The translations under genes were made by a program, and so were the position numbers. This document shows positions 30,501 through 37,663 of a stretch of 64,000 nt of DNA, in pieces. Every line of letters starts with the position of its first letter. Positions within the stretch are counted from its first letter, which is position 1. The notes under the pieces are model-generated. The model did not search any database, was not told where the DNA came from, and saw nothing but the letters and a program-made list of their open reading frames with translations. Source of the stretch: Alphaproteobacteria bacterium (GTDB lineage: Bacteria; Pseudomonadota; Alphaproteobacteria; Rs-D84); assembly GCA_017409215.1 (NCBI GenBank), contig JAFQTD010000007.1:6850-70849 (forward strand). The letters run 5' to 3'.

Positions 30501-31951
30501 GCAGTACTACATGACGAATCGCTATAGTATGTGGTTGAACCTGTCTTTTTATATACCGTTGTTGTGCCACCCGACCCACCGTTCGTGGTATTGTTTAACG
30601 TTATTTTATTACATCTGACACTCCAGTTTGCTACCAGCTCTATCCCGTTCCAGCTTCCTACATCACTTCCGGAATATCCAGAAAACATATCCGCCCCCGG
30701 TGCAAACCTACCAATACGAACACCATCAGCACTAGCAGTCCAACTCGAAAAATTATAACCTGTCATGGTAAACGTATTCTCTGGCATAACACATGTACCG
30801 CCGATAATACAATATGTTGGACTGGTTGGGGCGGTGCCACTGCCACCATTTGCATTATAAGTTATATAAATACATCCATTACTTTCGCCACCATAATTTG
30901 TCGGAATGCATGGCCAATCAGCCAACCCCGTTGCCCCTGTATACATACCACCAACATGTGTAGTTGTTGCGCTTGGCCAAACATCATATATATATTCGCC
31001 ATTAATTTTCGCAGACGGTCCACTTAAATTCGTACAACCATTAAACATATTGGCAAAAGCATAATGTTGTATTGTGCCTGTTATATTTCCAAATAAATTT
31101 TCAGGAATCGACGTTAATCCAGTACATCCCCTAAAAGTGGCCGAAAAAGTATACGGCATAATATTACCACTGATACCCGCAAACAAATTGCTTGGGATAC
31201 TGGTCAGCCCACTATGCTGAAACGCCCCATTAAACATAGCACCTGTGGAAAAACCGGTTATCCCAGAAAACAATGTTGACGGAACAGTTCTCAAATTAGT
31301 CGCATACGCAAACAAATTATTAAATCTTGGATTAGTTGATAATGTCCCAAAAACACTACCCAAACTGCCACTAACCGCTGTAATCATCGCAGCATTTGCC
31401 TGTTTTTCAGCTTCAGTTGAACCAGAATAAAAAGTTATCGCCGGCATTGAATAATTCGTATCGTTATAATTTGTTGCCTGACCACTTATCGTTATCGTCT
31501 TTGTGCCTGTGCTAGTATAAGTATGAGGATACCTAGTATTTGTTGTATTATCCGTTCTATCAATTTTCTCAACCACACTGCTGTCCCCCCACTTCACATA
31601 AAAGACACCAGCCGCAGACATATTAAAGGCAAAAACAGTACCAGAAGTAGGTACATTAATTTTCAATGTAAACTCATTTTCAACCATATTTTTTGGACAT
31701 ACCGTGCCCCCAGTACATTCATAGTATGCACTGCTGGTCGCGGCAGGACATGCCCTGCAACTATTCCCTGCGGCGGGGCTGGCTATTGCACGCCCATCCC
31801 TGTACGACCCACAATCTGACAAATAATATCCCGCATCACACGAAACATACGTTTTGGCACTATTACACGTAAAACTGCCCGCAAACGCCCCCCCGTCAAA
31901 CGATAAAAAAGCCACAAAAAACAATGCAAACGTACGTAAAAATCTGAACAT
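21503..31951 (-). CDS. giant secreted cysteine-rich surface protein (3482 aa): PKD-like plus BspA-type LRR module, Listeria-Bacteroides repeats, long CXXC-repeat region, Cys-poor C-terminal segment
   Basis: Uninterrupted 10.4-kb ORF. AAGGAAGGAAAG SD. Signal peptide MFRFLRTFALFFVAFLSFDGGAFA. Motifs are detailed in the findings. Confidence 0.9.
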   Translation of the reverse strand: MFRFLRTFALFFVAFLSFDGGAFAGSFTCNSAKTYVSCDAGYYLSDCGSYRDGRAIASPAAGNSCRACPAATSSAYYECTGGTVCPKNMVENEFTLKINVPTSGTVFAFNMSAAGVFYVKWGDSSVVEKIDRTDNTTNTRYPHTYTSTGTKTITISGQATNYNDTNYSMPAITFYSGSTEAEKQANAAMITAVSGSLGSVFGTLSTNPRFNNLFAYATNLRTVPSTLFSGITGFSTGAMFNGAFQHSGLTSIPSNLFAGISGNIMPYTFSATFRGCTGLTSIPENLFGNITGTIQHYAFANMFNGCTNLSGPSAKINGEYIYDVWPSATTTHVGGMYTGATGLADWPCIPTNYGGESNGCIYITYNANGGSGTAPTSPTYCIIGGTCVMPENTFTMTGYNFSSWTASADGVRIGRFAPGADMFSGYSGSDVGSWNGIELVANWSVRCNKITLNNTTNGGSGGTTTVYKKTGSTTYYSDSSCSTAITSVTVPSKANASYLGHYLTSTNSANTGTQCISSTGVLSTSTSCNVSADTTWYAHYQCADGYTSGGVYASGACVATAIITLNNNFATSNGTSALYGRLGAARVYLDSAMTQTMTPETYPITIPRNVPILTFDANGGTVEPTRVRLDQLVFMGYYSAPSGGTQYIDANGYITTDGMTALVSANENPTWYAQWSGSATYSPVPAPVRDGYVIAGPWHGTFMNNGTSNTVTALPGQRVSVPTSVDFTIDWNPRCNAVTLDANGGTSGSVVTVYKKTGEDSWFTDSSCTVTLSDLSTLVPTRSGYVFRGFYPDNLSDEYADITSDYDGGVPPLIGTTTIAHGWLISTNKTLYASWVQDCEVPEHGKCSISIGSMGQVDYITSCANGYTIADEDTATPTCTAYTYTCSAGQYLNGDGCVTCMAGSYCTGGSYTYNGQIQGQSACPSGYGNSDAGSDSESDCYRACTASDVLNATTVSGRVYSDGTNACDATGCASGYSVQPGSGIDLNSTIGTVRGDDYTNDSSTMTFSVDYGDLGSITGRAQCSSQSGTAVWEGDVTISSTLPDSTGQYCYCTLDGYTPVGGSVQSLSGSWVFNYDYNVSVDNCADSCAQGCADPLRSNATNSLAFRAAVFGSVPSTAQCVPNTYTVSYAANGGSGSAPTSPTSCTYGSDCAAPANTYTRTGYTFAGWKCTGGTTACDGDIIAAGGSLKNVSTGSAITLTAQWTANTYTVSYAANGGSGSAPTSPTSCTYGSDCAAPANTYTRTGYTFAGWRCTGGTTACDGDIIAAGGSLKNVSTGSAITLTAQWTANTYTVSYAANGGSGSAPTSPTSCTYGSDCAAPANTYTRTGYTFAGWKCTGGTTACDGDIIAAGGSLKNVSTGSAITLTAQWNANCNAVTLNANGGTQGSVKTLYKKTGSGTWYANSNCTTAYTTTANIVPTRTGYTFRGFYVEDLDDVSSDNSSNTRYFSTDGTAADSSKSWLITGASTLYAAWARNCTVPVGGTCSLEIKTYGYVDYTTSCSAGYTLGNADTATPTCTAKTYTVSFNVNGGTGGQSANVTATYAAAMPAISTTAPTRAGYTFVGWYDNADYAAGVQYYTAAGASARNWNKTENATLYAGWTINGYDCKAGEYLNVTACKVCESGYYCPSTAVSYSYNGQIQGRTACSNKPENAVYTSATGNTSSSCPWTCNAGYYGTSANGNTSCAVCGTGNYCTGGLNKTACSATYANTTTTTTTATSSSACVCAAGYGGTSASSCTACAKGYYKASAGTVACTIADKNNYVAITGATTQTACTTLGSFYTTTDSTGSDAASDCYGTTTAGKYIATANSSTQTGCTNGNYCPATMVYYGKSGTNGGGLNVCAVPYSRSAAGSDDENDCYLITSATKYVKEVGAGEVDCPAGKYCAGGSTVYKGGTVSGRNTTGGSATCPAGSYCSEGVSEPTACSTLGGGLYKDSAEGSSAPADCYVITTGGYYVANSTDEAQTKCEAKYYCPAVILGYPSVGGRESCPDPASSTYKETVSEIDWLTARCPDATTSNSSVVSSGYQTFSNTGLSAITQCPAIMTVSTPCSNFSVESARYNSTTGRYDSDKGSVYARSVKAGYYLTERYSSTYCTTNGQPNTKSMLYKKAVKCPENSYCPGGTVPVCNTGTYEESWGANACTTLGDFYTTSAEGATTNTACYGITTAGKYIATAKADETTCAAGGYCPGSVKVNYNSTGGRTPCAAGKYNASTGSSAASACVACAIGSYAVDTGNTACTACAAGTTTTATGNTSATCSACANNNDYDNSWATPSWSANKVTNLCKISNCKAGSKYSSAAGTNTTGSCTACAAGTYQATNGSTATSCSAISAGCYGSAGATTECPNVCADNKYSDAGASSCTACPTDYKNSGTTVASHAGVASCKITVSDGYYIGTAGDNSSNWDKCAAGTAKAAHTVAYGSTSSCDVCEANQYSDAGAGACSACATDKGYSNSGDVAENHAGAASCKLSCEAGYYVPTAGAGCAVCPGGKYCEAVSDVAQTATTAVTGNVSAGYYSAGGGTTATGTCVSGYSCGSCSTGTGANGRLLYSGAGASACSECPAVTGELANRVSGYSGWWTNNIHGSIGGCYALFNDVDSTATFRTLCYYNKTDGTYGGANSSCQTYAPTACGGGYYSIIETADEWVSGRDYASCKGVDCMNGKVCGKTSAGYYSPDGAVVQTIADAGYYAPAGASAQTKVTAGCYADTEGSSTSCPNSCAALGGGLYKNSVAGSDARSDCYFTTTAGSYLRAASDLALTTCPSGDYCPAVTLYYDNVGGNKDCPGSYTAGGTGLKTQSECKISVADGKYVGTENSSTLSTCAAGTAKAAHTVAYGSTSSCDTCANWSYSAAGAASCTSCPALTSGWSKVDSTGTGWTTYTSCKQSQKPANCSSGGITQTATSSTQWGASSVTTALKANANYYVNGTACSACSGLASGFYPNSTAGNSGGASACYTNSLSGKYVASTNATSATNCAAGTYKGAHTVAYGSTSSCDTCGANQYSDPGAGACSACATDKGYSNSGTTATDHAGAASCKTTCMAGTMVATANAACSTPNNTAYGASWYTAEHIVAYGSTSKSLSKVSSCPTSYATVNNETATSHDAKSDCTITCAAGKVVANIDAACTTPSGSWYSAQHTVSAGGTSGTNKKSCLTNYATPSTTTQTDHDSSNDCAISCPAGTQIATANATTCTTPSGNWYVGANTVKQGGVSTVNTCAVGENLFNADDYGMYWGYFNSTNAVGLTAFENNAVVFVPVEGNTIYQISGMRGKGSMFVGTTTSEPATGVQVSGFVDAGAVDKGFVYRTPVDAKYLLVLALRSVDGSTTATRQAILDKNVANLQIFKANSGYGIVGNTATEHDVVSDCMIYCGAGEYVATAGGVCENVGAGYYGTGGIVPQGSISANRGQCVAPLTTIGYGFGANEADDCGRKLHAGSEVIYLRSSPRTSPALNVRVGDDIFYGAMSTALSGKLKVKDVDNTTYSVVNDYQ
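27839..28585 (-). repeat. three near-identical in-frame 249-bp tandem repeats (83 aa each) inside the giant gene
   Basis: NTYTVSYAANGGSGSAPTSPTSCTYGSDCAAPANTYTRTGYTFAGW(K/R)CTGGTTACDGDIIAAGGSLKNVSTGSAITLTAQW occurs three times. Period 249 nt, also visible in the antisense ORF track (27848/28097/28346). Confidence 0.95.
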
Positions 31952-32056
31952 TATTCCTACTTTCCTTCCTTATTATAGCCATATCATAGAAAAAAAACAT
32001 AACATTAGACAAGCAAAAAAAAAGATAATTCGTATAAATAATCCTAAATAAAAATA

Positions 32057-32084
32057 TTGACCATATAAAAAAAAATGATACTAT
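32057..32084 (+). promoter_or_regulatory. sigma-70 promoter of rnpB
   Basis: TTGACC (32057-62), N16, TGaTACTAT extended -10 (32076-84). Predicted start lies just before RNase P helix P1. Confidence 0.55.
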
Positions 32085-32096
32085 GCCCAATCGTAC

Positions 32097-32420
32097 GATG
32101 TATGGGGCATGGCTGGTCCCTTAAAAAGACCAGAGGAAAGTCCGGACTGCATGGGACAACGCACCGGCTAATATACCGGGCAGGGCGACCTGACGATTAG
32201 AGCAACAGTGACGTAAACGATTAAATTCGAGTGAAACGGGCAATCTCTGCGTGCAGCAACTTCAAATAGGCTCCACATACGGGTCCCACGTTTGGGGCGG
32301 GTAGAAGGCTTGACATTTCTTAGTAATAAGATTTGCAGATTAATCATGTCCACTACCACAGTCTGGTTTGCGAAACAAACTGGGCCGTCGGCAGAACAGA
32401 ATCCGGCTTATATGTACATC
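32097..32420 (+). ncRNA. rnpB: RNase P RNA (bacterial type A)
   Basis: P4 strands GAGGAAAGTCCGGAC (32133-) and ACAGAATCCGGCTTA (32396-). P1 pairing gatgtat/gtacatc. Ends are approximate. Confidence 0.9.
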
Positions 32421-32425
32421 TGCAA

Positions 32426-32452
32426 CATGCGCCTGCGGGCGCATGATTTTTT
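32426..32452 (+). terminator. rho-independent terminator of rnpB
   Basis: catgcgcc-tgcg-ggcgcatg followed by a-tttttt. Confidence 0.75.
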
Positions 32453-33224
32453 ACATAACTTTTCCTTGGGTTGGGTAAAATGTTAACTGTATTTTTTCCC
32501 ACTTGGAAAATTCACCTTCGGGCAACATTCTAAATGGCTGACACACATTTATCGCGCTGCGTATCGTATCCAAAACATATGCAAATGCAGGGTCCGTATC
32601 CGCACGTGCTGCGGATTCAAACCACACATCGCGCACAGTTCCATTTTTACGCATTGTCAAATGTGCAACCGCACGAATATTTGCGATATCTGGTCGTTTG
32701 GTATCAATCACCCAACAACGTGTCATCGCCACCCGCAACGCATCAACAACCGACACTGTCAACGTTCTGTCCAGTGATAAAACCTCGCGATTAACGCGTA
32801 CAACACGTTTCTTTTTTGCTGTTGGTGCTTTCTCAACCGGTTTTGATTCTTGTTTTTTTTCGACTTCCGGTTTTTTTTCAGGTTGCTCTTCTATTTTTTT
32901 ATCTTCTACCAAAGTCGTTGTTTTAATTTCTGTGGGTTCGACTGCGTCCTGCACAGGTTCAACTTTTTCTGTGGCCTCTGGTTCAACTTTCTTTTCATCT
33001 GGTTTGATTTCTTCGACATTACCAACATTATACAGTTTTGTTTCATCCCCAGAAACAACAACATCATTTAAATCTATTTCCATAATCTGTATTCTGTCGG
33101 GTGCAACCAACCGCGCCTGTTCCAAAATAACAACAAACGAAGAAATCATTATCGCACACAACAACAGGTGCCCACACACAGACACCAATATATTTTCAAC
33201 AGAAAACCAATTAATTTTTGCCAT
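32451..33224 (-). CDS. tolA: TolA-like cell envelope integrity protein
   Basis: N-terminal TM helix, Lys/Glu/Pro-rich linker (KKVEPEATEKVEP...EKKPEVEKKQESKPVEK), globular C-terminal domain. Positioned after tolQ-tolR. Confidence 0.65.
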   Translation of the reverse strand: MAKINWFSVENILVSVCGHLLLCAIMISSFVVILEQARLVAPDRIQIMEIDLNDVVVSGDETKLYNVGNVEEIKPDEKKVEPEATEKVEPVQDAVEPTEIKTTTLVEDKKIEEQPEKKPEVEKKQESKPVEKAPTAKKKRVVRVNREVLSLDRTLTVSVVDALRVAMTRCWVIDTKRPDIANIRAVAHLTMRKNGTVRDVWFESAARADTDPAFAYVLDTIRSAINVCQPFRMLPEGEFSKWEKIQLTFYPTQGKVM

Positions 33225-33227
33225 TTT

Positions 33228-33626
33228 TTATTCCGGTTGCGTACGCAGTCCCACCTTTTGAAAGCCTGCATCCTTCAGACTGCCCATCATTGACATCACC
33301 GCGCCATAATCCGTATGTGTGTCACCACTTATCATTATTGTTAGCTGTGGGTTTTCACCACGCATTGCCACTGCGCGCTTTACGATTTCTTCACGTGGCA
33401 ATTCCATTTCTGACAAGAAATATCTGCCATTGGAATCCACACTTATTTGAACGGCATGGTCTGCCCCCGTCATCGCAGATGCCCCTGCACGTGGCAATTC
33501 CAAGTCGATTCCAGTTGTCATCATCGGGGTTGTCACCATAAAAACCGCCAACAAAACCGTCATAACATCAATCATCGGGGTTAATTGTATCGAACTATCC
33601 GACTGTCTGCGCCTTAATCTAGACAT
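33228..33626 (-). CDS. tolR: TolR/ExbD family biopolymer transport protein
   Basis: IQLTPMIDVMTVLLAVFMV and MISGDTHTDYGAVMSMMGSLKDAGF. Confidence 0.85.
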   Translation of the reverse strand: MSRLRRRQSDSSIQLTPMIDVMTVLLAVFMVTTPMMTTGIDLELPRAGASAMTGADHAVQISVDSNGRYFLSEMELPREEIVKRAVAMRGENPQLTIMISGDTHTDYGAVMSMMGSLKDAGFQKVGLRTQPE

Positions 33627-33637
33627 AATAAAAATCC

Positions 33638-34129
33638 TTATTTTTTTGTCTTTAATTCACAGCATGTTTCTGCCAATTTATCATATAAATCATCGGCTTT
33701 CTTTGCAAAATACTGATGTGCAATTGCCGCAGGCACCGCCGCAATCAACCCCAGCGCAGTCGTCCCCAGCGCAACCGCCAATCCCGGGGCAATAACCCCA
33801 ATACTGACCGACTGATTAACACCAATTGCGGCAAAAGAATCCATCACCCCCCACACAGTTCCAAACAAACCAATAAACGGTGAAATATACGCAACCATCG
33901 ACAAGAACCATAAATTTTTATCAAACGGTCGAATTAATTTTTCTGCAGCGACATTCAAATTATCATTACAGCCAACTTTTACAGGGTTTCTTTTGACAAT
34001 ATGCCACAATCGAATTTTTTCAACGATTACCGCCCACGACAAAACACTAAACACCAACAAGACAATCGAAACAAACAAGGTCATCCAATCGCCTGTAAAC
34101 AATGACAATAACGAAAAATTACTTTCCAT
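33638..34129 (-). CDS. tolQ: TolQ/ExbB/MotA family proton channel (short, 163 aa)
   Basis: SPFIGLFGTVWGVMDSF and GLAVALGTTALGLIAAVPA. Confidence 0.85.
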   Translation of the reverse strand: MESNFSLLSLFTGDWMTLFVSIVLLVFSVLSWAVIVEKIRLWHIVKRNPVKVGCNDNLNVAAEKLIRPFDKNLWFLSMVAYISPFIGLFGTVWGVMDSFAAIGVNQSVSIGVIAPGLAVALGTTALGLIAAVPAAIAHQYFAKKADDLYDKLAETCCELKTKK

Positions 34130-34149
34130 TTTCTTTCCTTTTTTATATT

Positions 34150-34527
34150 TTAGACCAAATCTTTTATAAATTCTTCTGGGATACGCTTTGGCAACATATC
34201 CTTTCCCAAATACGCAACCCTAAGGTTCATTATAGCACAAACACAATCATTTTTCACAAATTTTTGTTCAATTTTTACAACAGCAGCCCCCACATCTGTC
34301 ATAACCGTTTCTACAACAAATTCATCTGCCAAAACAAGTGGTCGCGAATACTTGATATTCAGTTCTTTTACGACAAACCCAATATCATCTGCCAACGAAA
34401 ATCGTCCTTTCAGCCAATTCATACGCGCCCGTTCTGCGATTTCAAGATAACGCGCATGATACACTATTCCTTCGGCATCAGTATCTGCAAACGCAACCAC
34501 AAAAGGAAACTTATGTACTTTACTCAT
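34150..34527 (-). CDS. ybgC: YbgC-type acyl-CoA thioesterase (hotdog fold)
   Basis: FADTDAEGIVYHARYLEIAERARMNWL. Sits upstream of tolQ as in tol-pal clusters. Confidence 0.8.
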   Translation of the reverse strand: MSKVHKFPFVVAFADTDAEGIVYHARYLEIAERARMNWLKGRFSLADDIGFVVKELNIKYSRPLVLADEFVVETVMTDVGAAVVKIEQKFVKNDCVCAIMNLRVAYLGKDMLPKRIPEEFIKDLV

Positions 34528-34529
34528 AC

Positions 34530-34958
34530 TTAATCCTTTACCTTAATACGAACTTTTGCAGTGCCAGTCTTGGTAATATCTAACTTTTTTGCTGCCGCCT
34601 TGGATAAATCAATCACGCGCCCCTTTTTAAAAGGCCCCCTATCATTAATACGCACAACAGCAGATTTTCCATTTTCCAGATTCTTAACATACACCTTCGT
34701 CCCAAAAGGCAACGTTTTATGTGCGGCAGTCATTTTATTTTGATTATACCGTTCCCCACTTGCTGTCTTACGTCCATGAAACTTGCCGCCATACCAGGAC
34801 GCGACACCTGTTTCTGTAAATCCTTTGGCACTTTCAAGCGGGTAATACGTCGTACCTGCCACCGTATACGGCTTTACATTTTTCTTGTATACCGTTGTAC
34901 CGCCACCACAACCAATCAGTGACAACAGCACTATAAACACCGATATTTTTCTTAACAT
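34530..34958 (-). CDS. rlpA: RlpA-family septal ring lytic transglycosylase lipoprotein (DPBB domain)
   Basis: Lipobox [28 protein letters not shown]...[10 protein letters not shown]...VRINDRGPF. Confidence 0.85.
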   Translation of the reverse strand: MLRKISVFIVLLSLIGCGGGTTVYKKNVKPYTVAGTTYYPLESAKGFTETGVASWYGGKFHGRKTASGERYNQNKMTAAHKTLPFGTKVYVKNLENGKSAVVRINDRGPFKKGRVIDLSKAAAKKLDITKTGTAKVRIKVKD

Positions 34959-34960
34959 TG

Positions 34961-35950
34961 CTATTTTTCCAATCCCAAATGTGCATAACCCGCATCTGTA
35001 ATTATACGACCACGTGGTGTGCGCTGAACAAATCCCAATTGCATCAAATAAGGTTCTATTACATCTTCGATTGTATCGCTTGGCTCGGATAATGCCGCCG
35101 CCAAATTTTCAATCCCCACAGGACCCCCAGCATAGAATTTAATAATCATATTCATATACTCTCGGTCTATCTCGTCCAGTCCACAACCATCAATATGCAA
35201 CTGAAACAACGTAGTCTTTATGATATCTGCTGTAATCTGGCTTTTCCCCAATGCGCTTGCAAAATCGCGCGCACGCTTTAACAGCCTGTTTGCAATACGC
35301 GGTGTTCCACGTGCAGACTTTGCCAACATCAATGCGCCATCTGCATCAATCGGCATTCCTAAGATATTTGCACTGCGCATAATAATTTTTGCTAAATCAT
35401 CTGGCGAATAAAATGTCAGCCTTAAATCGATTCCAAACCTATCGCGCAATGGATTAGACAACAGGCCTGTCCGCGTAGTTGCCCCAACCAACGTAAACGG
35501 GGGCAGGTCGATACGTACACTTTTGGCACTTGGCCCTTCGCCCAGCATAATATCTAACTTAAAATCTTCCATCGCAGAATACAGAACCTCTTCAATCGCC
35601 GTTGGTAGGCGATGAATTTCATCGATAAACAAAACATCCATCGGCTCTAAAGCGGTCAAAATTGCTGCTAAATCCCCTTGCTTGGTCAACATCGGTGCCG
35701 CAGTTGCACGAAAATTTGTTCCCAGTTCATTTGCAACAATATGCGCCAGTGTTGTCTTTCCCAACCCCGGGGGACCATACAGCAAGACATGATCCATTGC
35801 CTCGCCACGATTACGTGCGCCAGACACAAACACAGACAAATTCTGCTTCAGACTCTCATGTCCTATAAAATCCGACAGGCTACGCGGTCTAATCGACCCT
35901 GCCAATTCATCGGGGATATTTGCATCCAAGAATCTTTCTTTATTTTGCAT
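34961..35950 (-). CDS. ruvB: Holliday junction branch migration helicase RuvB
   Basis: [28 protein letters not shown] and [11 protein letters not shown] motifs. ATG 35950 lies 2 nt after the upstream stop (the longest ORF reaches 35989). Confidence 0.95.
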   Translation of the reverse strand: MQNKERFLDANIPDELAGSIRPRSLSDFIGHESLKQNLSVFVSGARNRGEAMDHVLLYGPPGLGKTTLAHIVANELGTNFRATAAPMLTKQGDLAAILTALEPMDVLFIDEIHRLPTAIEEVLYSAMEDFKLDIMLGEGPSAKSVRIDLPPFTLVGATTRTGLLSNPLRDRFGIDLRLTFYSPDDLAKIIMRSANILGMPIDADGALMLAKSARGTPRIANRLLKRARDFASALGKSQITADIIKTTLFQLHIDGCGLDEIDREYMNMIIKFYAGGPVGIENLAAALSEPSDTIEDVIEPYLMQLGFVQRTPRGRIITDAGYAHLGLEK

Positions 35951-35951
35951 T

Positions 35952-36611
35952 TTACAACAACTTATCTTCTGCGTTTTCGCGTCCCACATACGCCTTTAAA
36001 TCATTATACATTTGGCGCAAGTCCACAGGTTGACTATACAACGCATCTGCACCTTTGACACGAATAGTTTCCAAATCGATTTGCGCTTGTTTTTTCAAGA
36101 CCTGTGTTAAATGTGCACCAAAGGCACGTGCCTCGTCCGACTCCATCGCACCTTGCAACAGCAACCCACGATTTGGTCTGGGGGACAAAAATGAAAAATC
36201 AGACACTTGCGAATCGGGGGAAACCAGCGCAAATCCAGAAACTTCTGGTCTGCGCATCATTGCCTGTAAAACATACCAGGCCCCCAATTGATGTCCTGCC
36301 AGCCAAATTTTATCACTGTCTTCATTATTATTTTGAATCCAATCAATAACAGTTGCGATATCCAGCATATTTTCTGCAGTCGTACCAATTACCCCCTCAG
36401 AATCATCAACCCCACGATAATTAAAGCGAATAACAGAAAAACCAATATCCATAAATGCACGAAACATCGCATAAGAAACCCTATCATTCATATGATACTT
36501 TTGTCGCGGATTCCCCGACAGCACCACCGCCAACGGCGCAGCTTCTTGTGCAGATTTATGATAAACAGCGTGCAATTTACCTGATTCACCAGAAATAATG
36601 ATATCAACCAT
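35952..36611 (-). CDS. alpha/beta-hydrolase-fold protein (COG2945-like) with Gln in the nucleophile position
   Basis: [12 protein letters not shown] and [10 protein letters not shown], where the family normally has G-x-S-x-G. Confidence 0.65.
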   Translation of the reverse strand: MVDIIISGESGKLHAVYHKSAQEAAPLAVVLSGNPRQKYHMNDRVSYAMFRAFMDIGFSVIRFNYRGVDDSEGVIGTTAENMLDIATVIDWIQNNNEDSDKIWLAGHQLGAWYVLQAMMRRPEVSGFALVSPDSQVSDFSFLSPRPNRGLLLQGAMESDEARAFGAHLTQVLKKQAQIDLETIRVKGADALYSQPVDLRQMYNDLKAYVGRENAEDKLL

Positions 36612-36687
36612 ACCTTTAACCTTTCTTTTTATTAATCATTTCTAAAATAGAACAAAGCACAAACAAATTTCAATAAAAATTTTTACT

Positions 36688-36717
36688 TTGACACAAATAT
36701 CAAAAATGTTCTAAGAT
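36688..36717 (+). promoter_or_regulatory. sigma-70-like promoter of the 36746-39590 operon
   Basis: TTGACA (36688-93), N18, TAAGAT (36712-17). Shares a block with 52293-52326. Confidence 0.45.
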
Positions 36718-36745
36718 TCCATACGAGAGAACCAAAGGCAACAAT

Positions 36746-37663
36746 ATGCAAAAATATATTTTCGGTACATTTTTCGGGATTTTCTGGGCGTTTTGCGCTG
36801 TGGCAAACGGCTATATTCAGCAAGATTTTCAAACTATTTACACAGAAACTCCTGTACAATCCTATTACGCGTACCCCGACGACCCTAATTTCATACCAGA
36901 AACCGAATTTATGGAGCGTGCGGACAGCCTTGATTATGACGACAATATAATTGCCGCCCGCGATTTCGAGGTTTTTGAGCATCCTGGTGTAATGTTTGCG
37001 AACAAACCAATGGTAATTTGTCGTAATTTTGGTTGCACGCATTTAAATGACAAAATCACCCGTTCGTTCTTGTTCAACAGTCTTGCAAATATGTTTATGA
37101 TGAACGCACATTCACGCGTATATATATGCGAAGCCGATCCATTTTCGCGCGATTGCCTGCAATCTGGGATATCGTTCCCTGTCCGCAGTGGAATTGCAAA
37201 TGCCATGGTCAAGATTCCAAAGGCAACCATTTCACAAGTCAACCTGTCAACTGGTCTGTCCAAGGCAACAGTTGGTATGACTTATGATTTTCTGGTAAAC
37301 GGCATAAATCGCATTTGCGAACCGACTGTTATGGACTTGATGGTTCCCGTTAATTCCGAAGCAATTTTGTCAAATCGTGAATTTTCATGTAATATGACCA
37401 GCGATGGCATCAGCAGCATATCACTAATCATCAGTCTGGATTATATTGATTTAGACTATGGTATACTTGGTGGCTATTACTCTCTTGGGATGCAGGGTCC
37501 CACAACTGGTGGCGGCACAGGCTATGCATTATTCAAGACAGAATTTGCAACAAACAATATGCAATTTCGTGCTGCGGTATATGACGAAGATATGGATGGC
37601 GCAAATAACGCGATGCGCACAATACAACCTGGCGAATACGCCGTAGAACCTTTAAATCAATGA
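36746..37663 (+). CDS. hypothetical secreted protein (305 aa), first gene of the two-component operon
   Basis: Signal peptide MQKYIFGTFFGIFWAFCAVANG. ATGA overlap with the response regulator gene. Confidence 0.65.
   Translation: MQKYIFGTFFGIFWAFCAVANGYIQQDFQTIYTETPVQSYYAYPDDPNFIPETEFMERADSLDYDDNIIAARDFEVFEHPGVMFANKPMVICRNFGCTHLNDKITRSFLFNSLANMFMMNAHSRVYICEADPFSRDCLQSGISFPVRSGIANAMVKIPKATISQVNLSTGLSKATVGMTYDFLVNGINRICEPTVMDLMVPVNSEAILSNREFSCNMTSDGISSISLIISLDYIDLDYGILGGYYSLGMQGPTTGGGTGYALFKTEFATNNMQFRAAVYDEDMDGANNAMRTIQPGEYAVEPLNQ

Noticed and set aside
22333-30758. Dozens of 60-206-aa ORFs on the plus strand (for example 22654-23274, 26821-27306, 27032-27577, and the periodic 27848/28097/28346 set)
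   Set aside because: All are antisense to the 10.4-kb minus-strand ORF. Their His/Tyr/Leu/Cys-rich nonsense composition and 249-nt periodicity simply mirror the Thr/Gly/Ala/Cys-rich repeats of the real gene.
32698-33261. 187-aa plus-strand ORF, plus the similar antisense ORFs 45689-46192, 46590-47160 and 52446-53036
   Set aside because: Each lies opposite a low-complexity part of a better-supported gene (tolA, the 838-aa protein, gcrA, the 952-aa protein).
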